A DNA stretch of 64,000 nucleotides from Spirochaetota bacterium. Its GTDB lineage: Bacteria; Spirochaetota; UBA4802; UB4802. The notes under the pieces are model-generated. The model made no database searches. It was not told where the DNA came from and saw only the letters and a list, made by a program, of their open reading frames with translations. The stretch spans positions 18,099 to 82,098 of the forward strand of contig JBFLZD010000007.1 of NCBI GenBank assembly GCA_040756435.1, in the 5' to 3' direction. Position numbers and translations under genes: made by a program. Below, in pieces: positions 42,335-51,545 of the stretch. The stretch's first letter is position 1; each line of letters starts with the position of its first letter.

Positions 42335-42658
42335 CAATTTAAGATATTCTATAGCGCTAATCCAGATTTACCGTATAAAGACGCGTTTAAATCTGTTCTG
42401 AATATTGGTACAGATATATTAGGATCAATGGTTAATACATTAATACTGGCTTATGTAGGAAGCTCGCTGTCATTAATACTACTTATCTCTATGCGCATAC
42501 AACCAGGAATGCCTGTATGGATGATATTTAACTACAATCCTATTTTAAGTGAGATAGTTAAATCAATCATAGGTAGTATTGGTATGTTTCTATGTATTCC
42601 AATCACTGCATATATTTCAGTACATTTATATGGAAAAAAGGATGGTACCTTGAGATGA
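42335..42658 (+). pseudogene. C-terminal remnant of a YibE/F-family membrane protein gene (truncated; only ~107 codons in frame after a TGA)
   Basis: The frame of ORF 42428-42658 stays open upstream to 42335 and encodes ...PDLPYKDAFKSVLNIGTDILGSMVNTLILAYVGSSLSLILL. This is typical YibE/F C-terminal sequence, but the expected ~250 N-terminal residues are absent (only 240 bp to the neighbouring gene). Confidence 0.5.
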
Positions 42659-42700
42659 ATTTCACCCCACCATTTAAATTGGTAGGGTGAAATAGAAGGA

Positions 42701-44647
42701 CTACTTTTTAAACAACTCGTTAATTTCTTTTTCAAAATTTTTCATGATGATATTACGCTTGACCTTAAGAGTTGGAGTCATTTCCCCGGTTGCCTCAGTA
42801 AACTTCCTGTTTATTATCACATATTTTTTTACTCTTTCATACTCTTCAAGTTCCCTGTTTGCTAACTGGATATCCTCATCAACCAATTTTTTCAGCTTTT
42901 CATTCTCAATAAAATCCTCCCCAACACCAACACACATCCTGGCCGCACCCTCGCCAAAGAATACCAGTTTTGATTTATCGTATGGTATTCCTTCTTTATC
43001 AAACATTTCAATAAAAACATCAAATTTAGGAACAACCAGCGCGCCAACAAATGGCCTGTCATCAGCTATTGGGAATACAATATCAACATATCGTGATACA
43101 GAAAATAAACTTTCTATCTTTGCAGCAGGGACGTTTTTACCAGTATCCAGAACCATTATCCCTTTTTTCCTGTCTACAATTTTGATATATCCATCAGGCC
43201 CCATCTGAACTACATCACCGGTTTTATAAAAACCATCTTCAGTAAAAGCCTCTTTTGTTGCTTCAGGATTATTCCAGTAATTCAGGAATATATTGTCACC
43301 ACGCACCTGCCATTCGCCATCACTTGCCACACGCCCTTCTACACCATTGCACACCGGCCCTACATAGCCAGGCAACACTTTATGTGGCAGGTTCAGATTA
43401 ACAGTATTACAGGTTTCAGTAGCACCATACCCTTCATAAATCCTGACCCCCATGGCCATAAATACCTTGCATAAATCTGCAGGCAAGCTACCCGCTGCTG
43501 AAAATGCAAATCTGAATCTGCCGCCCAATTTTTCACGTACCTTGCTGAAGACAAGCTTATCAACCAATTTGTATTTAAATGCCAGCCACCTGCCAACACC
43601 TTCTGTAAAATCAATTCCTTCGGACATATCAACAAATCCATTTTCATCTGCACGGGCTTCTGTGAGTTGTAATCCGGTTTTAATTGCAAAATCAAAGATT
43701 TTCTTCTTGATTGGTGATTTTGCTGCCATATCACGCATTGCCATAAAAATGCGCTCATATATTCTTGGAACCGACATAAAAACCGTTGGCCTGAAAATTT
43801 GTAAATCTTCAACCAACGTCATTGGCGACGAGTATGCAATGGTTGCAGCAGCCATCATAGCGGTACCGTGACCACATTCTCTTTCATACGTATGCGCAAG
43901 TGGTAAAAATGAAAGTAACACATCATCTTCACGATATTCCGGAACAATACGCAAATCCCTGCAGCATGCTGCATTGATACTGAAATGAGTGTGTACAGCA
44001 CCTTTTTGCCTTCCAGTGGTGCCTGATGTATACACAATAGTCATTGGGTCAAGTATGTTAACCGATCTCCATCGTCGCTCATACGCAAGCTTATCTTCAG
44101 CCAACAGTTTAATTCCTAAATCCCTTACCTGTTGTAGCGTTATAATACGTGAATCATTGCCTTTGTACTCATCTTTCAGTATGATGATTTTTTCCAGTGT
44201 TGGCATTTCCTGTATTGCACTCAGAGCTCGTGATAAAATTTCTTCATCCTGCACATATAAAATTTTAGATCCGGAATCATTGATAATAAAACTCATTTCT
44301 TTTGCTGAAAGTGTTGGATATACACACACCGTAATGCCACCAGCGCATAGTATTGAATAATCAGCCCATAACCACTGTGGCGCTGTATGAGAAGCTATTG
44401 CAACGCGATCACCTTTTTCAACTCCTAAGCTCATAAGGCCAGCAGTTAACTGTTTTACTATAATTCCTAACTCTGCGTAGGTTATGGATGTTGTAGTGTT
44501 TGGACCAGTTTTCCACCATTGTGCACGCCGGGTACCAAACCGTATTGCATTCCTGTTCAGCAATTCAGGGAATGTCAGTTGTTTTATATACCACTTATGT
44601 ATCATAAAAGCCCCCTTGTAATTAATAAGAAAATCCGAAAAATACAT
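42701..44647 (-). CDS. Long-chain-fatty-acid--CoA ligase (AMP-binding family)
   Basis: AMP-binding signature YTSGTTGRQKGAVHTH, plus GYGATE and DRKKGIMV motifs. Length 648 aa. Confidence 0.9.
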   Translation of the reverse strand: MYFSDFLINYKGAFMIHKWYIKQLTFPELLNRNAIRFGTRRAQWWKTGPNTTTSITYAELGIIVKQLTAGLMSLGVEKGDRVAIASHTAPQWLWADYSILCAGGITVCVYPTLSAKEMSFIINDSGSKILYVQDEEILSRALSAIQEMPTLEKIIILKDEYKGNDSRIITLQQVRDLGIKLLAEDKLAYERRWRSVNILDPMTIVYTSGTTGRQKGAVHTHFSINAACCRDLRIVPEYREDDVLLSFLPLAHTYERECGHGTAMMAAATIAYSSPMTLVEDLQIFRPTVFMSVPRIYERIFMAMRDMAAKSPIKKKIFDFAIKTGLQLTEARADENGFVDMSEGIDFTEGVGRWLAFKYKLVDKLVFSKVREKLGGRFRFAFSAAGSLPADLCKVFMAMGVRIYEGYGATETCNTVNLNLPHKVLPGYVGPVCNGVEGRVASDGEWQVRGDNIFLNYWNNPEATKEAFTEDGFYKTGDVVQMGPDGYIKIVDRKKGIMVLDTGKNVPAAKIESLFSVSRYVDIVFPIADDRPFVGALVVPKFDVFIEMFDKEGIPYDKSKLVFFGEGAARMCVGVGEDFIENEKLKKLVDEDIQLANRELEEYERVKKYVIINRKFTEATGEMTPTLKVKRNIIMKNFEKEINELFKK

Positions 44648-44733
44648 AGCATATTTTATTACAATATTATATTAATTTGTATATGTCAAGTTGAATATTA
44701 TAAATGTTGTTTTAAACAATAAAATATAATATA

Positions 44734-44772
44734 CTGTATACCCCCGCCGCCGAAGGCGGCGGGGGTATACAG
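44734..44772. terminator. Repeat element A': perfect 18-bp GC-rich hairpin CTGTATACCCCCGCCGCC-gaa-GGCGGCGGGGGTATACAG, T/A-runs both sides; bidirectional terminator downstream of fliE
   Basis: Perfect palindrome. Same GCGGCG core as element A at 6523-6560. Confidence 0.8.
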
Positions 44773-44845
44773 TATTTTATATTTTGTTCAAATTTCCATA
44801 TTTAGGAATAATTAATGAAAAATTATGGTAACAATGCATCATTCT

Positions 44846-45184
44846 TTACCTGAGATTAATAAGTTCACGATATGCCCTGATTGCCTCATCACGAATTGCT
44901 TTTGTTAAGCTTAACGCAATCTCGGCTTTTTGCTGTGCAATCATCACCGTGTGAATATCCACCGATTCAGGTTCATATATCATCTGCTGTGTTAGATCTT
45001 CAGCATCCACCTGAAGGTCATTAACCTTCCCTAAAGCGTTTTTCAGTGCATCCATAAATGAACTGGCAACATCATCATCCTGCTGTTTTTGCGGCTTATC
45101 GCTGTAATGCAAAGGATGCGATGTCTTCATCACAAAGATATTTGATTTTGTTATTCCATTATTTTCCTGAATCATATCGCACAC
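44846..45184 (-). CDS. fliE: Flagellar hook-basal body protein FliE
   Basis: About 110 aa. Position immediately downstream of flgB-flgC. C-terminal FliE-like helix (IAQQKAEIALSLTKAIRDEAIRAYRELINLR). Confidence 0.6.
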   Translation of the reverse strand: MCDMIQENNGITKSNIFVMKTSHPLHYSDKPQKQQDDDVASSFMDALKNALGKVNDLQVDAEDLTQQMIYEPESVDIHTVMIAQQKAEIALSLTKAIRDEAIRAYRELINLR

Positions 45185-45355
45185 TCCCTGAAAGTATTCT
45201 TGATTCTATTATAGGTCGCTCACCAATCCCCATTTGTTGCCACTGACTTTTTCGCCTGTTTAATGTGGGTGGAGTCGATAGTTCATGTGAGCAGTTTATT
45301 TCGTTTATATATCCTTTTTCAAAATACATGTCATTACTCCTTTATTAAAAAAAAT

Positions 45356-45820
45356 TTATACGCCACCTCTGCCAATTTCCAGTGCCTTTGAAAACATCGA
45401 TTTGGCATTGTTAATCATCATTACATTGGCTTCATACGAACGTGATGCAGATATTAAATCAGTCATTTCCATAACCACGTTTACGTTTGGCATTTCAACA
45501 TATCCCTGCTTTGGTCCTGTTTTAATTGCATCGGGATGTGACGGGTCATATACAAGCCTGAATTCTGAATTATCATCTTCTATCTTTACAACCCGTACGC
45601 CTTTTGGCTCACCATGATCTATACGTTTGGGAACCAATGGGGATTTATAAAATGGCCTTATATTGACTGGTGCAAATATCACCCGTTTGCGTTTATACGG
45701 TCCACCTTCAGGTGTGCGTGTGGTTGTTGCATTGGCAATATTATTGCTGATAACATCCATCCGCAATCGCTGAGCGGTTAATCCGGTAGATGCTATGTTG
45801 AAGCTATCAAACATTCCCAT
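45356..45820 (-). CDS. flgC: Flagellar basal-body rod protein FlgC
   Basis: N-terminal rod-protein motif (ASTGLTAQRLRMDVISNNIANATTTRT) and C-terminal SRSYEANV rod motif. Confidence 0.85.
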   Translation of the reverse strand: MGMFDSFNIASTGLTAQRLRMDVISNNIANATTTRTPEGGPYKRKRVIFAPVNIRPFYKSPLVPKRIDHGEPKGVRVVKIEDDNSEFRLVYDPSHPDAIKTGPKQGYVEMPNVNVVMEMTDLISASRSYEANVMMINNAKSMFSKALEIGRGGV

Positions 45821-45834
45821 ATAATGTTACCTCA

Positions 45835-46293
45835 CTATACTGTTCTCATTACCATTTTTAACATTTTATAATTCTCATTTAAACTTGTTACGTATGCATT
45901 ATATCTCATTTGATTTTTTGCCGCATCAACCATCTCTTTTTCTACATCCACATTGTTGCCATCATTTCGGTATGTGGTTGTATAATCTAAATTAACACGA
46001 GGTTGTACGCTGGTTATATCTTTTGGTTCAAAGAAATCGTAATGTCGAGGATCAGTTTTAAGGGCTTTAACATTCTTCATTGGATCCATATTATGAGCTA
46101 TTGCCCTTTTTAACTCACTTTCAAAATTAACCTCACTGCGCTTAAAATGGGGCACATCTACATTAGCAATATTGTTGGCTATCACCTTACGGCGCAATGA
46201 CTCAACATCTAACGCCTTTTCAAGTAGATAATTGGTTTGCATCATTTTGCTGTATTCAAACATTCTGACATACCTCGTGCTATTCGTTTCCAT
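45835..46293 (-). CDS. flgB: Flagellar basal-body rod protein FlgB (true start probably an internal Met)
   Basis: IANNIANVDVPHFKRSEV rod-protein N-domain and C-terminal AAKNQMRYNAYVTSLN. First gene of the flgB-flgC-fliE cluster. Confidence 0.75.
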   Translation of the reverse strand: METNSTRYVRMFEYSKMMQTNYLLEKALDVESLRRKVIANNIANVDVPHFKRSEVNFESELKRAIAHNMDPMKNVKALKTDPRHYDFFEPKDITSVQPRVNLDYTTTYRNDGNNVDVEKEMVDAAKNQMRYNAYVTSLNENYKMLKMVMRTV

Positions 46294-46355
46294 TTAGTGT
46301 ATCGGCATATTGCAAAAAAGCTTTATTATATTTTTTGTGACATAATCGTATTACC

Positions 46356-46453
46356 CTCTTCCAAGATTGTTGGGAAACCTTATCCATTAATAAGTGATTT
46401 CTCACTCTTTCCGGATTGTTGGGAAACCTTATCCATCATAAAGTGATTTGATT
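46356..46453. repeat. 49-nt tandem direct repeat x2 (core gattgttgggaaaccttatccatYaWaaagtgattt) upstream of flgB
   Basis: Copies at 46365-46400 and 46414-46449 with 34/36 identity. Confidence 0.85.
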
Positions 46454-47176
46454 TCTTTAAGATTGAACTGTTGAATTATCTTCAACCTGAAATATTCATA
46501 ATCTTTATATCCACAGGCCATTTACGGTATGACTATTTTAGTATTTATCCCTTCCGCAAAGCTATTTGAAATTTTCGCGCAATGAATTCCTGATATACTG
46601 TTTCCATTTTTCAATCTGCCTTCCAAATTTTGCCAGCTCCGGTATTTGGATCAATTTCATTATCTCGTTACAATAAGATTTATAAGCATTTTAAACAACA
46701 ACCACCGTGTCTCTTTATACAATCATCTATTCTCGTTGCCAGACCTTTTTAACCTCCCGAATTCGTAATTTATCAATAGTTTTTAAAAAGTGCTGTGTTA
46801 GATGAAAATGATCAAAGCATATTATTTTATCAAATACTGATAAATCTTCAACTTAGTGGTAACGCCTATTTTTCATTTTGTTCAGGAAAGCTTTCCCTCT
46901 TTTTGGATACTCTGAATATCCTTCTCTCTCTACCGTTAAAATAATATTTTTCCCCGTCATGCTATTTCCTTGACAAAACAGCCGTACAGTTCTACTAATT
47001 CTGTTAGTAAGTCCAATCTCATCTCACTTTTTTTAGATTTTTTTTGTGGTAAAAAAAGCATCTTAAAATCTATGATGTGATTAGTTACTATTTTCTTTTC
47101 ATAATATTCAATTTTTTGAAATAATACAGAATGAGTTCAAATATTTAAAACTATTTATACAAGGTTACCATACATC

Positions 47177-47746
47177 ATGACACATAAATATGATCCCACA
47201 CATGCCCATCATCTTGACAGTCTTTTCAGGCGGTTGATGTATCCACCAGTCAAAATTCTTAAGCACATTGGATTGCAACCTGATGACATTTTCTGTGATA
47301 TTGGTGCTGGCACAGGATTTTTCTCCATACCTGCGTCAGGATTACTTCCAAAAGGTAAAGTTATTGCAGTTGACATCCAGCCAGCCATGATTCAGTTACT
47401 ATCGCAAAAAATAATGGATTTGCACATTAATAACATTGAGACTGTAGTTTCCACTGAAAATGATCTATTGCTTCCACAAGAATCTATCACTTTTGCATTT
47501 ATGAGCTTTGTGTTACATGAAGTTGAAAACAAAGAGCAGATGCTTTGTACTATTTATAATGCATTGCGCTCTGATGGGAAAATTGCAATCATAGAATTTT
47601 CTAAAAAAGCACTTTTTGGCCCACCCAAACATGAACGTATTTCTGAAAATGAAATAAAGAAATTACTTGAAAACGCAGGATTCAATGATATTTCTTTGGA
47701 GAAATATAATTTTTTTGCTTACCTGGCAAAAGCAAGAAAATTGTGA
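47177..47746 (+). CDS. Class I SAM-dependent methyltransferase
   Basis: Motif I DIGAGTGFFS and post-I acidic residue (VIAVD). Length 189 aa. Confidence 0.8.
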   Translation: MTHKYDPTHAHHLDSLFRRLMYPPVKILKHIGLQPDDIFCDIGAGTGFFSIPASGLLPKGKVIAVDIQPAMIQLLSQKIMDLHINNIETVVSTENDLLLPQESITFAFMSFVLHEVENKEQMLCTIYNALRSDGKIAIIEFSKKALFGPPKHERISENEIKKLLENAGFNDISLEKYNFFAYLAKARKL

Positions 47747-47776
47747 TATATTAGTAACAATTAAAAGGATTAAAAT

Positions 47777-48022
47777 ATGACAGTAAGTTATAACGCAAAG
47801 ATGATATTGCAGGCTTTCAAAGATAAATATGGCAATGACATTAAAGCTGGCGTGCCCATGCCAGTAGATATACTTAATGACATCCCACAGTCAGAACGCC
47901 ACTTAGTCCTTGATGAACTGGTTAATAAATTAGAATTCATTGAAATGATTGAATCAAAATTCCCGGGCAAGCTTTTTTTAACACACAAAGGCTATCATTA
48001 TATTCAGAATATAAAAGAATAG
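47777..48022 (+). CDS. Hypothetical small protein (81 aa), co-operonic with methyltransferase
   Basis: ORF with RBS AAAGGA. No known motif. Confidence 0.35.
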   Translation: MTVSYNAKMILQAFKDKYGNDIKAGVPMPVDILNDIPQSERHLVLDELVNKLEFIEMIESKFPGKLFLTHKGYHYIQNIKE

Positions 48023-48034
48023 TCTGGTACAACT

Positions 48035-48319
48035 ATGGATGCTCTTCTGTCAATGCTTGTTGACCTTTCACGTACTTTTTTGCAGGATGTTAGCGATATT
48101 CAGGAATTATCGCATCTGAATCATAAATTGCAAACTACACTCCATGACATTGTTGCTGATCCAACACACAAAAGCACATTGAACGCTTTACTGCACCAAT
48201 ATTACAGTGAGATCATGACACTGTATTCTCGATATCCCCAGAGTACATTTCTTGATACCCTGTTGCACAGGATTGAAAGCTTAATACAGGTAGCCAATAC
48301 CATTGATGGAAAATTGTGA
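48035..48319 (+). CDS. Hypothetical small helical protein (94 aa)
   Basis: ORF 12 bp downstream of the previous gene. Overlaps the next gene by 17 bp in a different frame. Confidence 0.35.
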   Translation: MDALLSMLVDLSRTFLQDVSDIQELSHLNHKLQTTLHDIVADPTHKSTLNALLHQYYSEIMTLYSRYPQSTFLDTLLHRIESLIQVANTIDGKL

Positions 48320-48944
48320 CATTCAAACACTTCATCAACTTTGCTATCAATTGGAATTTCAGATTCAACTACGCCTTAATTCTTTCAAGCGACTGTGGCA
48401 TGAAACACCTGCTCACTATCTTTTGCTTGAACTGGTATTCTGTCTTCTTACTCCACAGAGCAATGCCATCCTGTGCTGGGAAAAGGCATTAGCGTTATTT
48501 AATTCAGGAAAACTTTTTACCGCCACAACTCAGGAACTGAGTGTCATTATACACCCTGTGCGCTTTAAAAATAATAAAGCCAAATACATTAAAAAAGCTG
48601 TTAATGTATTTGGCGATAGTTCATTAAAAGAATTTCTGCAGGGGAATGACATTTACACAATAAGGGATAAGCTGGTTGCCACTATTGACGGTATTGGCTA
48701 TAAGGAAGCCAGCCATTTTTTACGAAATATTGGCATTGGACTGGAGCTTGCAATCCTTGACAGGCATATTTTACGATGCCTTAAGGATTTTCACGTTATT
48801 GATACAATTCCCAACATTCTGACACCACAACGCTATAAAGAAATAGAACATGGAATGCAGGATTTTTGTAAAAGTATTAACATTCCAATATCACACTTAG
48901 ATTTTATTTTCTGGTTTATTAAGAAGAAATCTTTATTTAAATAA
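48303..48944 (+). CDS. HhH-GPD DNA glycosylase, Ogg2-like (8-oxoguanine DNA glycosylase/AP lyase, archaeal type) candidate
   Basis: IDGIGYKEASHFLRNIGIGLELAILDRHILR has the GIGxKxASxFLRN helix-hairpin-helix with catalytic Lys, followed ~18 residues later by the Asp (D-R-H). The ~210 aa size matches Ogg2. Confidence 0.55.
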   Translation: MMENCDIQTLHQLCYQLEFQIQLRLNSFKRLWHETPAHYLLLELVFCLLTPQSNAILCWEKALALFNSGKLFTATTQELSVIIHPVRFKNNKAKYIKKAVNVFGDSSLKEFLQGNDIYTIRDKLVATIDGIGYKEASHFLRNIGIGLELAILDRHILRCLKDFHVIDTIPNILTPQRYKEIEHGMQDFCKSINIPISHLDFIFWFIKKKSLFK

Positions 48945-48964
48945 TATACACATATCAAAAGAAC

Positions 48965-49399
48965 TCATTTCTGTAATTCTTCACGCAATATGCCATTTAG
49001 TTCATCCAAAATTTCTTTAAATGCAACAAGACGTTCTTTCTTTATTTTACTTTCTATAAAATTATTAATTTCTTTGATAACTTTTTGTGCTTTCTGTATT
49101 TCAGACAATCCTAATTCCGTAATTTCTATTGAAAATTCTCTTCGGTCATTATTGTTAATGACTCTGTTAACAAAACCAAATTTTTCCAGCCTGTCTATAC
49201 TTCTTGTAATAGCTGAATTATCTAGTTCAAGCACATTGCTTATATAACTCATTGATACATTATTTTTTTCCTGTAATAAAAACATTATAGCTAATTGAGC
49301 AGGTGATGCCTTCAGCCCTTTTTTTTGTAATATGTGTTTTACATACTGATGAAGGCTATTTTGTGTTTTGGTTATACTATAATATAATCGTTGTTCCAT
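48965..49399 (-). CDS. MarR-family transcriptional regulator
   Basis: Winged-helix region (NNVSMSYISNVLELDNSAITRSIDRLEKFGFVNR). Length 144 aa. Confidence 0.8.
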   Translation of the reverse strand: MEQRLYYSITKTQNSLHQYVKHILQKKGLKASPAQLAIMFLLQEKNNVSMSYISNVLELDNSAITRSIDRLEKFGFVNRVINNNDRREFSIEITELGLSEIQKAQKVIKEINNFIESKIKKERLVAFKEILDELNGILREELQK

Positions 49400-49410
49400 G
49401 TTTAATACTC

Positions 49411-50244
49411 TTAATATACTGTTTTTATAATATTAAGTGATGACCACTCCCCTCCTGACACTATTGTCCATAGGTTTCTTTTTGGGAAAAGTTTTTTATC
49501 TATTTCCTCTATTGCATACCCTTTTTCTTTTAGTGTATTTACTTTTGACTGAATATCCACAAAATACTCCATTTTCCTTTTCATTTTTTCTTTACCGTTT
49601 TTATGCACCCCTGAATGACCACAGAATACCATATCAAAATCTAAAGAGAGTAATTTTTGTAATGATACTACGGTATCTTTGATATTTTCATCTTTGAAAG
49701 CAACCATCTGGCGTATATTGACAAAAAGGTCACCAGTAAAAAGCCAGCCCATATTCTTTTCATGCAATACAATATGATAGGGATGATGACCGGGAGCATC
49801 ATACACATCAAATGTATAATGTTCTGTTTTTAAAACATTAGGAATGGGCTGTGCATTAAATCCTTTTCTATTTCCCCATACTATCCTTCTATACAATGGG
49901 ATATTGCTGTTCTGTGATGCTTCTGCTATTGAATTTTTGTGTATATATATGGGAATATTCTTTTCTTTCTGCACCCAATGAGCTACTCCGGTATGGTCCT
50001 CATGGACATGAGTCAAAGCCACAGAAGTTATAGTTTCATTTTTAAGTACTGATGATGCTTTTTTTAATATATTAGCAGATCCTGCATCAATCAAAAGCCC
50101 ATCGGCATTATAAAAATAAACAACAAGCTGGAAAGGTGGCATAAATCCCGATAGACAAGCATAGACTTTGCATTTATCAATTAATGTAATTTTCATAATT
50201 AAATCCCTGACATATATTTGATTTATCAATATTTGATTATGCAA
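49411..50244 (-). CDS. MBL-fold metallo-hydrolase
   Basis: THVHEDHTG (H-x-H-x-D-H) plus downstream His/Asp ligands. Confidence 0.8.
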   Translation of the reverse strand: MHNQILINQIYVRDLIMKITLIDKCKVYACLSGFMPPFQLVVYFYNADGLLIDAGSANILKKASSVLKNETITSVALTHVHEDHTGVAHWVQKEKNIPIYIHKNSIAEASQNSNIPLYRRIVWGNRKGFNAQPIPNVLKTEHYTFDVYDAPGHHPYHIVLHEKNMGWLFTGDLFVNIRQMVAFKDENIKDTVVSLQKLLSLDFDMVFCGHSGVHKNGKEKMKRKMEYFVDIQSKVNTLKEKGYAIEEIDKKLFPKRNLWTIVSGGEWSSLNIIKTVY

Positions 50245-50282
50245 ATATTTGTCAAGAATTTTATATCTTTATCTGGATTTTT

Positions 50283-50510
50283 TTACAATAATTATCCCTA
50301 AAATGTGGAAATTTGAATAAAATATAAAATAGTATACCCGGGGGTGTCCCAAAACAATCCGTGGAGTTCTCAATGACGCGGGTGCAAAGTCATTGCGTGC
50401 GTAGCGAAGCAATCTAAATAGCACAGAAGACAAGATTGCTTCGTCACTTCGTTCCTCGCAATGACAGTATGGCAAAAGTCATTGCAGAAGGTGTCTTTTG
50501 GGACACCCCC
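50283..50510. repeat. Repeat element B: conserved 45-nt leader + 171-nt MITE-like element with perfect 15-bp terminal inverted repeats (GGGGGTGTCCCAAAA ... TTTTGGGACACCCCC) and internal GTCATTGCGAG-type nested palindromes
   Basis: TIRs at 50340-50354 and 50496-50510. The internal hairpin gcgaagcaatc...gattgcttcg. The leader 50283-50326 matches 6463-6520. ORF 50269-50475 (-) is a spurious translation of this element. Confidence 0.8.
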
Positions 50511-50695
50511 TATATTCATGTGGTATCGTATGTTTGAATGATTATGGAAAAATTGTTATATTTTTGTTTTCTTTATATATTGTGCTTTAATATTTCTGAA
50601 TTTCATTTTTTAATCATTTTATGTATAAATCGTAATCTCTTTAAAAAATTGTTGAATTATTTACTACATTAAATAACTATAGTTAAAAACTTAAT

Positions 50696-50770
<75 letters not shown>

Positions 50771-50794
50771 ATAAAATAATTTTTTTTGAACAAT

Positions 50795-50832
50795 AAAAAA
50801 AGGGATGTGTTTTTACGACATCCCTTTTTTTG
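50795..50832. terminator. Bidirectional intrinsic terminator (aaaaagggatgtg-ttttac-gacatcccttttttt) between tRNA-Pro and the convergent minus-strand gene
   Basis: 12-bp stem with U-runs on both strands. Confidence 0.7.
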
Positions 50833-50854
50833 ACTTAATACAATATAATACAAA

Positions 50855-51388
50855 CTATTTGATTAAATCCTCTACCATCTTTACGACTTTGTTAATTTCT
50901 TCTCCACGTACTGCTCCTTTATGGACATATTTAACCTTCATATCCTTGCCAATGAAGATTACTACGGATGTATTATTGCAATCTCCAAGATTCCAGGCTT
51001 TGGCCAGGATAAGATCAGGATCTGTTAATATGGTTGAATTGTACTTTTTGATTTTACCCTGTATTATTTTTCTGATTATAAAGTTAGGTGCCTTGGAATC
51101 TTTCAAATTTGCTATTCCCATACCTTCATACTTTTCTTTTGGGAAATTCTTTGCCTTTAATGCATCTGCCAGTGGATCATTAAGATCAGCAGCGTCAGCA
51201 TCATTATAAAAGATTGATACTAATTTTGTTCCCAATAATGGTATCATGGTAGGGTTGTTTTCAGCATCTCTCAGTTCAATATTCTGAACTGTCTGTCCAA
51301 CTGTTAATGCATATGCAACCGCAATCCCTAAACATAGTGCCATTGTCACTATAATAGCAACTATTGGCGACCTTCTTAAAAACTTCAT
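50855..51388 (-). CDS. Secreted/periplasmic hypothetical protein (177 aa)
   Basis: Signal peptide/TM anchor. No catalytic motifs recognised. Confidence 0.35.
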   Translation of the reverse strand: MKFLRRSPIVAIIVTMALCLGIAVAYALTVGQTVQNIELRDAENNPTMIPLLGTKLVSIFYNDADAADLNDPLADALKAKNFPKEKYEGMGIANLKDSKAPNFIIRKIIQGKIKKYNSTILTDPDLILAKAWNLGDCNNTSVVIFIGKDMKVKYVHKGAVRGEEINKVVKMVEDLIK

Positions 51389-51545
51389 AGGAAATCCCCC
51401 TTCTGTTTTGTTAAAATATTATTATCGTTTTCTATTTAATTGAAAAAATGTTTTATGTCAAGTGAAATATAGTTAAAAAAATTATTTTCTTTGACTGATT
51501 TCTTTGTATAATGTAATGTATTTTTTGCTCACTATCCTATCATAA

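Noticed and set aside
46356-46453. Possible mini-CRISPR array (repeat of 36 nt seen twice)
   Set aside because: Only two copies. The 'spacer' between them is 13 nt. The repeats are imperfect, and there are no cas genes. Treated as a tandem duplication instead.
50269-50475. 68-aa ORF on the minus strand (MPYCHCEERSDEAILSS...)
   Set aside because: It lies entirely inside the GC-rich palindromic repeat element B. It is a spurious translation of the repeat, not a gene.
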